This document shows, one piece after another, positions 8,587-18,860 of a stretch of DNA of 32,000 nt. Each line of letters begins with the position of its first letter. Positions within the stretch are counted from its first letter, which is position 1. The stretch comes from Candidatus Jordarchaeales archaeon (GTDB lineage: Archaea > Asgardarchaeota > Jordiarchaeia > Jordiarchaeales > Freyrarchaeaceae). Made by a program: the position numbers and the translations under genes. The notes beneath the pieces are model-generated. The model did no database searches, had not been told where the DNA came from, and worked only from the letters and a program-made list of their open reading frames with translations. The DNA is taken from the NCBI GenBank assembly GCA_038889235.1, contig JAWAHN010000001.1:944499-976498 (forward strand). The letters run 5' to 3'.

Positions 8587-8937
8587 GTGAACCCTTTGGA
8601 GTCTGAAAATTTACAGAAAATGGTTGACATGTTAAGGCGAGGGGCCACGCTCCTCTCTAAAGCTTGCCCTGCCTGCAGCTCCCCCTTGTTTAAGATAGGC
8701 GGGAAAATATGGTGTCCGACTTGTGAGAAGCAAGTTGTTGTTGTTAAAGAGGGGGAGCCTCTGCCGTCGGAGTTGAGCAGCCTGCTACTTTCAAGTCTAG
8801 CTAACACGATTTACGAGAAGCTCAGAGAGGTTGAAGGTCGCATTAAGGGAGCTGAAGATGTAGGCGAGCTGCAGGAGGCATTAAGGCTTGCAGTAGGCTT
8901 GCTAGAGGTTTTGGAAAGAATAAAGCGGTTAACATGA
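8587..8937 (+). CDS. UPF0148 / autoantigen-p27-like Zn-ribbon protein
   Basis: MLRRGATLLSKACPACSSPLF....IWCPTC. Divergent from UPF0147. Confidence 0.8.
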   Translation: MNPLESENLQKMVDMLRRGATLLSKACPACSSPLFKIGGKIWCPTCEKQVVVVKEGEPLPSELSSLLLSSLANTIYEKLREVEGRIKGAEDVGELQEALRLAVGLLEVLERIKRLT

Positions 8938-11196
8938 GTCCTCTCCACGGTACTCTGCGCGGAGAACTTCTTTTATCTTCTTAGCTTTCCTCTCTCCTAT
9001 GCCTTGGACGCTCATAAGCTCCTTTTCGTCGGCGGTATAAACGCGCTCCACGCTTTTAAATTTTTGAAGCAGTCTCTTAGCTAGAATGTAGTCTATGCCT
9101 GGCAAGGCAGCTACAATGTGTTCCTGCAACTCTTTTAATGTTGCAGGCTTCTTAACACCTATCCGTATTCCTTTCCTTCCCTCTTCTTTCTCCCTTCGTG
9201 CAATAGTCTTTATCACTTCAGCTGTCTCCTTGGCGTTTTGAGTCCAAAAGATAGGTATCTTAAAGTCAAGTGCTATGCTCACTAGTGCTCCTCTAATCGC
9301 TTCAGGGTTTACCCCTCTTCGCTCATACAAATTTCCTCCTTCTATTATTAACAGGGGTGACTCGTACGTTCTCGAGAGCTCGACTAGTTGCTTAAACAAT
9401 CGCTGGTCTATGATCGACTGAACGAAGTCAGCATCAGTCTTACGCTCTACACCGACCCTCTCCGAAATAACGTAGTCTCCCACGTCTAGCTTTGTCAGGA
9501 CAACTTCGACACCAAGCCTAGCTAGTTCCTGAACGACAGCGTTCCCTCCTTCCCTAACATCTGCGTATACAATCAACTTGTCTCCTCTCGGAATATACTC
9601 CTCCAGGCTAACTTGTTGGTTGACTCCTCTTCCGCCTTCTACATTAACTCTCTTTTTCTCCAAGCTCTTTATGATTCCGCGCATGTTCTCCTCCTTCCAC
9701 TTAACCGACCAATAATATTTCTCGTCCATGGTTCCCTTAGTGATAAGGAAGACCACTTTACCTGGCCTCCTTCTTCCCGTTCTTCCTTTTCTCTGTACGA
9801 ACCTCACCGCACTAGGGGTAATATCGTAGAAGACCACTAAATCGCACTCGCTGACATCAACGCCTTCTTCAGCCACACTGGTGGCAACCAGCACTTTGAA
9901 CTCCCCCCTCCTAAATTTTTCAATTACTTCCGCTTGCTGTTTTTGGGTAAGCCCCGAAGATCCCCCCCTCTTACCCTGACCAATTATTTTATCAGCGCTA
10001 ATTTCGTTCTCGCGGAGAGCTTTTAATAACTCGTTAACAGTACTTCTAAACTGCGTGAACACGATAACCCTAGACTCGGGCTTTCTACAAAGCTGGCTTC
10101 TAATTATGTTGATAAGAGCTCCTCTCTTGGGGTGTGTTACTCCGCGGGAAATCATGTTTTCCGTTTCTTTCTCAACAGAAAGAACTAAGGGGTCCTCGAG
10201 AATGTTTCTTAAACCCTTACCCCCCCTTAGCAGCGCCCTCTCCCTTAGTTGTTCAAAGTATTTTTTAAAAGCCTCAAGTCCTTGTGTTTCCAATATTTCG
10301 AGGGCGTGGGCGAGCCTTATAGCTCCGGAAACCGCTACCAAGCACGCGTAATCTTTTTCGTCCTTATTCTCTTTTCTCAAAAGGGTGCTTTGAATCTCTA
10401 TAAGTTCTTTTCTAGTCCATCTTTTCTTTCTCGCATTAACATAGCCTGCATCTTTTAAAACACTTAGATTTTTTCTAATAACCTCCTCCAACTTCTCCTT
10501 TATACGCAAAAACTCTTCCGGAAGCTTCACTTCGACCCATTCTACTTCAATCGTCTTAACGTAGGGTGCTACGTCGGGGCTTCTCTCCGTTCGCGCCTCC
10601 ACTTGCTTTATACCTAAAACCCTACAAATTTCTAATAATTTTTCTTTCTGAGACCCGGGAGATGCTGTGAGTCCTAATATAAGCGGCTTCCTTGCTCTTC
10701 TCATATATTCCTCAGCTATGAACGTGTAGGGGTAATCTCCCACGGCTCTATGTGCCTCATCGAAAACTAATAGAACCCAGTCTAGGCAGTTTACACGTCC
10801 TGCTATCAAATCATTCCTAACAACTTGTGGAGTTGCTAAGACAACTTTCGCCTCCAACCATATCCTTTCTCTCTCCCCTGGCGCGTTTTCCCCGGTGCAT
10901 ACCCTTATCTCATTTTCGGGTATATTCAGAGCTTTCTTGAAGGTCTCTGCGTGTTGGATGACAAGAGGCCTTGTAGGTGCTAAAACGACGACCTTCCCCC
11001 ATTCATACATCAACAGCCTTTCCGCCGCCACCATTATTGCAATAATCGTTTTACCTAATCCGGTCGGAAGCACCACTAGCGTGTTCCCTTTCAAAGCTTT
11101 AGAAACTATGTTCCTCTGATATTCCCTAAGCTCAATGCTTCCTTCCTTAATAAGAGGGTGTACCAGCATCCCTGGCCCGCTCAAAGGTCTACTCAT
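8929..11196 (-). CDS. hef: Hef: FANCM-like SF2 helicase fused to ERCC4/XPF nuclease and HhH
   Basis: REYQ, LPTGLGKT, DEAHR, QRKGRTGR, then GDYVI..VERK, RLFKQL and C-terminal HhH pair. Confidence 0.95.
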   Translation of the reverse strand: MSRPLSGPGMLVHPLIKEGSIELREYQRNIVSKALKGNTLVVLPTGLGKTIIAIMVAAERLLMYEWGKVVVLAPTRPLVIQHAETFKKALNIPENEIRVCTGENAPGERERIWLEAKVVLATPQVVRNDLIAGRVNCLDWVLLVFDEAHRAVGDYPYTFIAEEYMRRARKPLILGLTASPGSQKEKLLEICRVLGIKQVEARTERSPDVAPYVKTIEVEWVEVKLPEEFLRIKEKLEEVIRKNLSVLKDAGYVNARKKRWTRKELIEIQSTLLRKENKDEKDYACLVAVSGAIRLAHALEILETQGLEAFKKYFEQLRERALLRGGKGLRNILEDPLVLSVEKETENMISRGVTHPKRGALINIIRSQLCRKPESRVIVFTQFRSTVNELLKALRENEISADKIIGQGKRGGSSGLTQKQQAEVIEKFRRGEFKVLVATSVAEEGVDVSECDLVVFYDITPSAVRFVQRKGRTGRRRPGKVVFLITKGTMDEKYYWSVKWKEENMRGIIKSLEKKRVNVEGGRGVNQQVSLEEYIPRGDKLIVYADVREGGNAVVQELARLGVEVVLTKLDVGDYVISERVGVERKTDADFVQSIIDQRLFKQLVELSRTYESPLLIIEGGNLYERRGVNPEAIRGALVSIALDFKIPIFWTQNAKETAEVIKTIARREKEEGRKGIRIGVKKPATLKELQEHIVAALPGIDYILAKRLLQKFKSVERVYTADEKELMSVQGIGERKAKKIKEVLRAEYRGEDSC

Positions 11197-11364
11197 CTGT
11201 CCCCCACCAGGCTCCTAAAAGTATCTTCCAGTGTTCAACGTTATTTTCCCTAAAACATCTACGTGCTTTCCCAGTCATATCTAGTTATAAATCTGCGTCG
11301 CTTCATTAAAACTAATCGATCCCCCCTAAAAGTGCTAAACCCGTTTATCCTCCTGGGTGGAATC

Positions 11365-11721
11365 ATGGAGTTAACTGCAATAAGTCAAGGTCGTGAATGC
11401 TTTTCAGGTATCCAGTGTGAATTGTACGAACTAACTGTCCCCGGAGACCTAGTAGGCAAACTGGTCATTGATGGTGCTGCGAGAATTGTAGGGATAGTGC
11501 GAAGTGTTAAGCTCACGTTACCCCCCGCAAAAATCGAGATAGTGGTTAAAGGGCTCGACGTTGAATTCTCGGTGGATGTTTCTAATGTTAGTGCTGTTGG
11601 TGGTGTTGTTCAATTAAAATCTATTGCCAAGGAAGCCGAACCATTGGAAATAAGAGACGCCCAAAGGTTGAGGAAAGAGCTTATAGAAGAAATACGGGCA
11701 ATGATCTCAAACATATCCTAA
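11365..11721 (+). CDS. Small PRC-barrel-like protein with C-terminal helix
   Basis: DLVGKLVID...IVGIV and V..VSAVGGVVQLK match the PRC-barrel pattern from memory. ATG 11365 follows GGGTGG. Confidence 0.55.
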   Translation: MELTAISQGRECFSGIQCELYELTVPGDLVGKLVIDGAARIVGIVRSVKLTLPPAKIEIVVKGLDVEFSVDVSNVSAVGGVVQLKSIAKEAEPLEIRDAQRLRKELIEEIRAMISNIS

Positions 11722-13643
11722 GCCCCACTTTCCCTGACGGACGGACTTTCGTTGGCGTAGATCGCAGTGCACCTGACATCCATACACTTAGAACAATGAA
11801 TGCACCTGTCTTCTAGAATCCACGCCATCCCCCAGTTAATCAGGATAGCTTGTCTCTTACAAGTTGAAACGCACTCACCACAACCCACACACCTTAACGC
11901 CTTCACCATAACTTGAGAAATGTAACGCTTCATTTTTCTAGCAGCTTCTTCTGAAGAACTATAAGCAGCAAACTCACCGTTTGCACGAACACGTACCCCT
12001 CCTTCTTTACACACTACGACGACCTCCCCTCCTTCCACGCTGGCCTCTCCTACAATGTTAGCGATGTTTTTAAGTCGGTCGATAGGCGCTGGAAGGTTAA
12101 AATGCCCGTAAATTGCAGCTCTCCCCTCCTCCTTTTCTTCCCGGTCTACGTGGCATGTGATTTTTCTTCCTCCAGCTGGCCTCTCTACGGGGATCTTTAC
12201 CCCTAGTTGTTCAGCTAAGTCCATGTAGCCTTTAGGCAGCTTCTTCCACCTCCAGAAACCATACCGCACCCATTCTTCAGGGTATCCATAACGTTTCCTC
12301 CACTCCTCAAGCACGCCTACTAGCATGTTATAGAGCTCACCATGTTTCTCCTTAAGTATCTCTATCTCGTAGAGCTTGCTTGCTGGACAAGTCCAACAGC
12401 CTATCCTGTTGAACCCTTCCTCGTATAAGGGATTGTACGCGACCCCTTCCCTGAAAATATAGAGCCAAACGTGTAGCGCCGTCCAGTTCTTTATGGGGTA
12501 TGCCGCTATTTGCCCAGGAACCCACGGGTTAATGCTAATTTTAGGCTCCTTGTACCTGGCTTCAGACTCGTAACTTCTCTGTCCAATGAACGTGAGACAC
12601 CCTTCAGGAAAATTCTCTTTAATCAGCCTCGTCATGGGTCCCAGCTTTATTCCCTTGCAGCAGTGACGGTAATCTCTTCCTGGAGGGCCAAACTCCTCTA
12701 CAAGCTTCCAAAAAACTTCTTTGTCAACTTTTTCTTCTAGGAGATCAAGTCCAAGCTCTCTAACTAATCTCTCCGTATAAGCTACGGTTTCAGGAAATTC
12801 GACACCCGTGTCGACAAATAAAACCTTGAAGTTTTCCCCCAACGCTTTCCTAACGAGTAGGAGAGTAGCCAGTGAATCTTTTCCTCCCGAAAACGCCACG
12901 GTAACCGGTCTCTTATAAGTCCTGGCTACGTTTCTTATGAAGCGTATTGCTTTTTCCTCAAACTTGTTTAAAACTTCCTCATTGGCTTTAACAGCGTCAC
13001 TCCACGTTCCCTTACTCGTTTCCGCCACTTCTGGTGCAATACCTCTCTCCCTTATCTTTACCGCCAACCCCCTTTCTCGAGTTAGCATTTCTCTACCCGA
13101 CTTCTTCGCCACTCCAACAGCGAAAACGCACCCGTCTGGATCGACGACGACTACGTTATCTCCAACTTTAATCTCGGGGTCGCAATCTAAAACTCCGGGG
13201 CCGAGGAGATTAGCGCTTCCTCGCAGTATACTTTCAGCTGCCTTCTTGTCGGAACAAACCCATTTGCTTCCTCCTTGCTGAAATATTATGCGTCCTCCAG
13301 CCAATCTGGGCAAGAATTCCCAGTCGAATTTAAAGACGTTAAACCTTAAGGCTCCGAGGATGCTTCCACCTACTATTATTTCATCCATTTGGTCCAAGTA
13401 GGGTACCTTATTGAGCACTACACATCCGTTGCATTTTAAGTCAACTCCAAATTGGCTCTTCACCGTTCTCCGCAAAACTTCTATCTCCCTTCTAAAGGCG
13501 GGCCTAACGTCACCAGGAGGGGAAATATCAATACTCGCTCCCCTTTCTCCACATGTCGAACATTTGTCATCCAATAGCGGAACGTCACAATTCATGCACC
13601 AGGACAATTTAACTACTCCTAAGTAGACCCCCAACGCAGCCAC
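11718..13643 (-). CDS. PAPS-reductase-family protein with N-terminal Zn finger and PUA domain and C-terminal 4Fe-4S ferredoxin
   Basis: CxxC..CxxC N-terminus, PUA region, PP-loop SGGKDS, CC, RIGCWTCP, C-terminal CVGCGECVSTC and CIHCSKC. Confidence 0.85.
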   Translation of the reverse strand: MAALGVYLGVVKLSWCMNCDVPLLDDKCSTCGERGASIDISPPGDVRPAFRREIEVLRRTVKSQFGVDLKCNGCVVLNKVPYLDQMDEIIVGGSILGALRFNVFKFDWEFLPRLAGGRIIFQQGGSKWVCSDKKAAESILRGSANLLGPGVLDCDPEIKVGDNVVVVDPDGCVFAVGVAKKSGREMLTRERGLAVKIRERGIAPEVAETSKGTWSDAVKANEEVLNKFEEKAIRFIRNVARTYKRPVTVAFSGGKDSLATLLLVRKALGENFKVLFVDTGVEFPETVAYTERLVRELGLDLLEEKVDKEVFWKLVEEFGPPGRDYRHCCKGIKLGPMTRLIKENFPEGCLTFIGQRSYESEARYKEPKISINPWVPGQIAAYPIKNWTALHVWLYIFREGVAYNPLYEEGFNRIGCWTCPASKLYEIEILKEKHGELYNMLVGVLEEWRKRYGYPEEWVRYGFWRWKKLPKGYMDLAEQLGVKIPVERPAGGRKITCHVDREEKEEGRAAIYGHFNLPAPIDRLKNIANIVGEASVEGGEVVVVCKEGGVRVRANGEFAAYSSSEEAARKMKRYISQVMVKALRCVGCGECVSTCKRQAILINWGMAWILEDRCIHCSKCMDVRCTAIYANESPSVRESGA

Positions 13644-13726
13644 CCAAATTAGTGTTGAAAATTCCAGCAGTCCCTTAGCTGAATGGTGGAAGAAAAAGTG
13701 TGGAATTGTAAAAATTAAATAATTCT

Positions 13727-14140
13727 TTACTTTTCAAGCTCTTTCTCTATTAGTTCAGCGTAATCCTCTGCGCTCAGTAAGTTTTCTTTTTCCTCGTCGA
13801 GGTTGGAGGCCTCGATTACAACCATCCAACCCTCACCATACGGATCACTGTTAATCATTTCTGGCGAGTCCTCTAATGCATTGTTAACCTCTATAATTGT
13901 ACCACTAACTGGTGCATAAATCTCTGCTACCGCCTTAACCGACTCGATGGTTCCAAGTTCATCTCCTTGGCTTACTTTGTCACCAACCTCGGGCAACTCC
14001 ACGTAAACTATCTCTTTCAGCTGTTTTTGAGCGTAGTCCGTAATGCCTACACGCACCTTTCCGTTTTCTATCTTAGCCCATTGATGTGTTTCACTGTAAA
14101 GCAGGTTGTCCGGTACTAAAACGTCGCCTACTTTAACCAT
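13727..14140 (-). CDS. gcvH: Glycine cleavage system H (lipoyl-carrier) protein
   Basis: HQWAK, GITDYAQ, IESVKAVAEIYAPVSG (lipoyl Lys), INSDPYGEGW. AGGAGG SD. Confidence 0.95.
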   Translation of the reverse strand: MVKVGDVLVPDNLLYSETHQWAKIENGKVRVGITDYAQKQLKEIVYVELPEVGDKVSQGDELGTIESVKAVAEIYAPVSGTIIEVNNALEDSPEMINSDPYGEGWMVVIEASNLDEEKENLLSAEDYAELIEKELEK

Positions 14141-14335
14141 GTGTTTTCCTCCTAAAATCCTTTCAATAGTTCCTCAAGGAAGTTGCTTCATAAAGCTTTC
14201 GTTTTACAATCCCATTAAATCTCTGAGACCTTTCACTCCTTAAGAAAAACTAAACCGTTTTAGTCGTCTTATAGGGGAAGAGCATTTAAGCCGTCTTTGT
14301 ATCTAACTTTTTGGAGACTTAGAAGGAGGGCTATT

Positions 14336-14836
14336 TTGCCGTACCCCTTCAAACTTGTCGGCGTCTCTGGAACTTTTGATAAACTTCACAAAGGACACAA
14401 AGTCTTATTACTCAAGGCTCTAGAGGTAGGCGAGCGGGTGATCGTCGGCTTAACGTCCGACGAAATGTGCTCTAAGAAGCTTTTTTCGGAAAAAATTGAT
14501 CCTTTCGAGGTAAGGCGCGCAAATCTAGAACGTTTTTTCGAGGAGAACGGCTCCCTTTCTAGGGTTGAAATCATCACGCTTAATGATCCTTACGGACCAG
14601 CCATAGAGGACTCTGGGCTAGAAGCTATAGTCGCAGGCGAAGACGTAGCTTGGCGTGTTGAGGAGATAAACCGTATTCGTGAGAGAAAGGGACTCCCCCC
14701 TCTGAAACTTATAGTAGTAGAATTGGTGAAAGCGTGTGATGGTGAGCGTATAAGCAGCACTAGAATAAGAAAAGGAGAAATAGATAGAGAAGGCCGCCTT
14801 TTAAGTACCAAGACCGTTTCTGAAGCAGAAAGGTGA
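14336..14836 (+). CDS. coaD: Phosphopantetheine adenylyltransferase (archaeal cytidylyltransferase type)
   Basis: GTFDKLHKGH, GLTSD, LNDPYGPA, ISSTRIRKGEID. TTG 14336 follows AGGAGG. Confidence 0.88.
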   Translation: MPYPFKLVGVSGTFDKLHKGHKVLLLKALEVGERVIVGLTSDEMCSKKLFSEKIDPFEVRRANLERFFEENGSLSRVEIITLNDPYGPAIEDSGLEAIVAGEDVAWRVEEINRIRERKGLPPLKLIVVELVKACDGERISSTRIRKGEIDREGRLLSTKTVSEAER

Positions 14837-14941
14837 GGCGTCTTTTCGGGATTAATTTCCACAATTTTTTTATCGCATCCTCCCTTCTAAGTCTCCTTGA
14901 AGGCGTCGTGCAGTGACCGCTGAAAAGAGGAGGGTTGATGG

Positions 14942-16477
14942 TTGTCTCTCTTGTCTAGAGAACTTCGAGAGGTCGAATTCAAGGTCCTCCACTTTCTGGC
15001 TAAACGTGGAGCAAGGACGACGATCAAAGACATAATTGCAGGAACAGGTGTTGAATATGCTGCACTTGTAAAATCTTTAGCCTGGCTTGAGGATAAGGGT
15101 CTGGTCTCTGTCGAGTCAACAACAGTGGAATATGTGTCCTTAACAGATGAAGGTAAGCATTACGCTCTCTCTGGGCTCCCGGAAAGGGTCCTCCTGAACT
15201 TCCTTGTAAGTAAAGGTGGTGAAGCAACTCTGAAAGATGTTTTGGATGCAAACATTCTACCTACTCACATCGTTAATGTCGCTATCGGGTGGGCGCGACG
15301 CAAGGGGTGGATCACTATCTCCAAGTCAGAAGTAAGTGATGAAACGGTTATCAAAGCTTTACCCCCCTCGCCTGTAAGGGGCGAAGACGAGCGTCTTTTA
15401 GAATTCTTAAGGGAGAAAGGCAGAGTAAAACGTTCAGACATACCTAAAGAACTTGACTCCGCTGTGGACACGCTTTACAAGCGCAACCTGCTCGAGAAGG
15501 GCGTCGAAAGTGAGGTTTTTGCTCAAATAACAAGTGAGGGTATCAAAGTTTTGGAAAGCGGTGTTGAGGTCGATGAAGGAATAAGTCTGCTGACCCCGGA
15601 TCTTATAAGGACGCAAGCTTGGAAAACTGTTAAGTTGAAAAGGTTTAACGTCGAAGCCCCGGTGAAACCTGCTTATCCGGGAAAAGTACACCCATTAATT
15701 CAGTTAATCAACGAGATAAGAGAAATCTTCCTAAATATGGGGTTCGAAGAGATCAGAGGCCCCCTTGTGGAATCTGCTTTTTGGAACTTTGATGCCTTGT
15801 TCACACCCCAGGATCACCCGGCTCGTGAGATGCATGATACTTTCTACCTTAAGACCCCCTCCACTGCTAAACTGCCGGACGAAGACCTAGTTTACAAAGT
15901 AGCAAAAACTCATGAGAACGGTTGGGAAACCGGTTCAAGGGGGTGGAGGTATTCCTGGAACGCTGAACTGGCTCAACGTGCTATTCTAAGAACGCACACG
16001 ACAGCAACTACTATACGCTATCTTGCTGAACACAGGACTTATCCCGCGAGAGTTTTCTCCGTGGACAGAGTTTACAGGAACGAGAGAGTTGATTATAAGC
16101 ACCTCGCAGAATTCCACCAAATAGAGGGGATAATCGTCGACAAGAACGCGACACTAAGAGACCTCATGGGCGTACTGAGGGAATTCTACTGGAAGCTCGG
16201 CTTCAAGAAAGTTCAATTCTGGCCAAGCTTCTTCCCATACACTGAGCCATCAATCCAATCCACGGTCTACGTGGAAGAGTACAAGTCTTGGGTGGAGCTT
16301 TGCGGTGCAGGAATATTTAGGCCTGAAGTAACAGTTCCTCTTGGAGTTAAAGTCCCCGTTTTAGCCTGGGGCGGAGGTTTTGAAAGGATCGCTATGATTA
16401 GACTAGGACTAGACGACATAAGGGACCTATATAGGAACTCATTGAAGTGGTTAAGGCAAACCCCGTCGATGCTCTAA
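14942..16477 (+). CDS. pheS: Phenylalanyl-tRNA synthetase alpha subunit
   Basis: FWNFDALFTPQDHPAR, RTHTT, YRNE, FPYTEPS, GAGIFRPEV. Confidence 0.97.
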   Translation: MSLLSRELREVEFKVLHFLAKRGARTTIKDIIAGTGVEYAALVKSLAWLEDKGLVSVESTTVEYVSLTDEGKHYALSGLPERVLLNFLVSKGGEATLKDVLDANILPTHIVNVAIGWARRKGWITISKSEVSDETVIKALPPSPVRGEDERLLEFLREKGRVKRSDIPKELDSAVDTLYKRNLLEKGVESEVFAQITSEGIKVLESGVEVDEGISLLTPDLIRTQAWKTVKLKRFNVEAPVKPAYPGKVHPLIQLINEIREIFLNMGFEEIRGPLVESAFWNFDALFTPQDHPAREMHDTFYLKTPSTAKLPDEDLVYKVAKTHENGWETGSRGWRYSWNAELAQRAILRTHTTATTIRYLAEHRTYPARVFSVDRVYRNERVDYKHLAEFHQIEGIIVDKNATLRDLMGVLREFYWKLGFKKVQFWPSFFPYTEPSIQSTVYVEEYKSWVELCGAGIFRPEVTVPLGVKVPVLAWGGGFERIAMIRLGLDDIRDLYRNSLKWLRQTPSML

Positions 16478-16492
16478 AGGGAGGTATGTCCT

Positions 16493-18157
16493 GTGCCCAC
16501 TCTTGTGCTTAAAGTAAAAAGGATGAGCGAGCTTCTCGGGCGCGAGGTTACCGCTAAAGAGCTTGAGCAGATTGTTCCTTGGCTCGGAGTGGACATAGAG
16601 TCCGTCGGCAGCGACTATGTTAAAATAGAGTATAACCCAAACAGGCCAGACTTCTCGAGCCAGGAAGGTGTCGCTAGGGCTTTAAGGGGTTTCATGGAAA
16701 TAGAGACAGGTCTTCCCAATTACGCTGTTAATCCTGGCTCTACAGTCTTAAAAGTTGATCCGTCTGTTCTTCCAGTAAGGCGCTGGATAGTTTCTGGGAT
16801 TGTTCGTGGGCTCAAGCTAGATGAAGAACGCATTAGCGAAATTATAGAAATGGAAGAAGCGCTTGACTGGGCTATAGGCAGAAACAGGGCGATATCGTCC
16901 ATAGGGCTCCACAATCTTGATGCGGTTAAGCCCCCCTTCAAGTACCACGCGGTACATCCTGACGAAATTCGTTTTGTCCCGTTAGACATGGACACAGAAT
17001 TGTCACTTAGAGAAATACTAAAAATTCATCCAAAGGGAATAGCATATCGCCATATTCTGGAAGGTGCTGAGCGTTACCCTATAATCACTGACCGTGATGG
17101 TAACGTCCTTTCATTCCCCCCCATCATAAATGGGGTCCTAACGCGCGTCACAGAAAACACAAAGAACCTCTTTATAGAAATAACTGGTACGCGCTTGGAT
17201 GCTGTCTCTGCAGCTCTAAACATTTTCATGACGTCACTTGCAGAGATGGGTGGCCGTCTAGAGTCCGTAAGGGTTGAGTATCCCGACAGAGTGCTAGTCA
17301 CCCCAGATCTTTCTCCTTCAAGATGGAAGTTGAACCTCAAAAATGCAAACAAGCTTTTAGGGTTAAAGTTGAAGCCTGAAGAAGCAGCCAGGTGTTTAGA
17401 AAAAATGCGTCTAGGTGTAGAGTGTATAGGCGAGGAGCTTTCAGTGCTTGTTCCTGCCTATCGTTACGACATAATGCATGAAGTTGACTTGATAGAGGAG
17501 ATTGCCATAGGCTACGGCTACTTTAACCTAGAACCAACACTTCCAGGCACGGCTTCTATAGCCGTAGAAAATCCTGTTCAGAAAATCGCAAACAAAGTAC
17601 GGATGATAATGATTGGTTTTGGCTTCATAGAAGTAGTTAACTTCACACTGGCCAACTACAAGGAGCACTTCGAATACATGTTGCTTGAAGGCAACCCAGT
17701 CAGAATTCTTAATCCTGTAAGCGCTGAGTACAATATACTACGTTCATCGCTCCTTCCCTGTCTCTTAAAAGTGTTCGCTAACAACAGACATGAGCTCTTT
17801 CCGCAGAAAATTTTCGAAATAGGAGACGTTATCGTGTTAGACGAAACCGCTGAAACGGGAGCCAAGCGCATGTTGCACCTCGCTGGGGCGATAACACACA
17901 GTGAAGCCAATTTCACGGAAATCAAATCTGTGGCTGAAGGCATGCTTAGGGAAATAGGCGTCCGCAACTATCTATTCACCGCCGTGGACCATCCCAGCTT
18001 CATCCCTGGAAGATGCGCCGAAGTGAAGATAGAAGGGCGTCCTATAGGAGTTGTCGGGGAAATTCATCCAAAAGTATTAAATAACTTTGAACTTGAATAT
18101 CCTGTAGCTGCATTTGAATATGACCTGCAATTCCTATTAGAGCGTGATAGACCATGA
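16493..18157 (+). CDS. pheT: Phenylalanyl-tRNA synthetase beta subunit
   Basis: NPNRPD, SFPPIING, PAYRYDIMHEVDLIEEIAIGYG, NPVSAEY, GEIHPKVL. Confidence 0.97.
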   Translation: MPTLVLKVKRMSELLGREVTAKELEQIVPWLGVDIESVGSDYVKIEYNPNRPDFSSQEGVARALRGFMEIETGLPNYAVNPGSTVLKVDPSVLPVRRWIVSGIVRGLKLDEERISEIIEMEEALDWAIGRNRAISSIGLHNLDAVKPPFKYHAVHPDEIRFVPLDMDTELSLREILKIHPKGIAYRHILEGAERYPIITDRDGNVLSFPPIINGVLTRVTENTKNLFIEITGTRLDAVSAALNIFMTSLAEMGGRLESVRVEYPDRVLVTPDLSPSRWKLNLKNANKLLGLKLKPEEAARCLEKMRLGVECIGEELSVLVPAYRYDIMHEVDLIEEIAIGYGYFNLEPTLPGTASIAVENPVQKIANKVRMIMIGFGFIEVVNFTLANYKEHFEYMLLEGNPVRILNPVSAEYNILRSSLLPCLLKVFANNRHELFPQKIFEIGDVIVLDETAETGAKRMLHLAGAITHSEANFTEIKSVAEGMLREIGVRNYLFTAVDHPSFIPGRCAEVKIEGRPIGVVGEIHPKVLNNFELEYPVAAFEYDLQFLLERDRP

Positions 18158-18699
18158 GTAGCAAAGCGGTTCTGGTAATCGATATGCTGAAAGACTTCAT
18201 AGAAAAGGGGGCAGTTCTAGAAGTTCCAAAGGGACGTGAAATTATCCCAAACATAAAACGCTTAACAGACGAAGCAAGAAAGAGAGGAGTTCTAGTTATC
18301 TATGTTTGTGACAGCCACGATCCAAAGGACCCTGAGTTCTCAAAATGGCCGCCTCACGCTGTCGAAGGAACGAAAGGTGCGGAGGTTGTCGATCAGCTCA
18401 AACCGAAAGACGGCGATATCGTGGTTAGGAAGCTCAAATACGATGGATTCCTCGGAACCGCTCTAGACCTAGTGCTCAGGAGCAGAAAAATAGATTCACT
18501 GATAGTAACTGGTGTTTTGACAAACATCTGCGTACTATACACCGCATCAACAGCATCAATGTTGGGATATAACGTAACTGTCGTACGTGACTGTGTTGCG
18601 TCAACAAGCGACAAAGAGCACGAATGGGCCCTCCACCACATGGGGGACGTAATCGGGATAAAAATCGCCAGCCTCGAAGAAGTACTTGCTTCCCTTTGA
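18154..18699 (+). CDS. Isochorismatase / nicotinamidase-like cysteine hydrolase
   Basis: VIDML, WPPHAV.GT.GAE, KxxY, GVLTNICV catalytic Cys. ATGA overlap with pheT. Confidence 0.88.
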   Translation: MSSKAVLVIDMLKDFIEKGAVLEVPKGREIIPNIKRLTDEARKRGVLVIYVCDSHDPKDPEFSKWPPHAVEGTKGAEVVDQLKPKDGDIVVRKLKYDGFLGTALDLVLRSRKIDSLIVTGVLTNICVLYTASTASMLGYNVTVVRDCVASTSDKEHEWALHHMGDVIGIKIASLEEVLASL

Positions 18700-18826
18700 A
18701 AATTACGAAAAATTGGCTCTCTTCTTTTCACACCCCATTCTTTTCCGGGGCTTAATTAAAGATTTTTCCATATTTTTATAAGAAATATCGCAAAATATAT
18801 CAAAATATTATTCATTCTCTTTAAAA

Positions 18827-18841
18827 CGAAAAATTTTTATT
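18827..18841 (+). promoter_or_regulatory. Putative BRE-TATA promoter for the structured element at about 18864
   Basis: CGAAAAA-TTTTTATT lies about 23-25 nt upstream of the first stem nucleotide, the expected archaeal spacing. Confidence 0.5.
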
Positions 18842-18860
18842 GAGAATCCCTCCTATTCAT

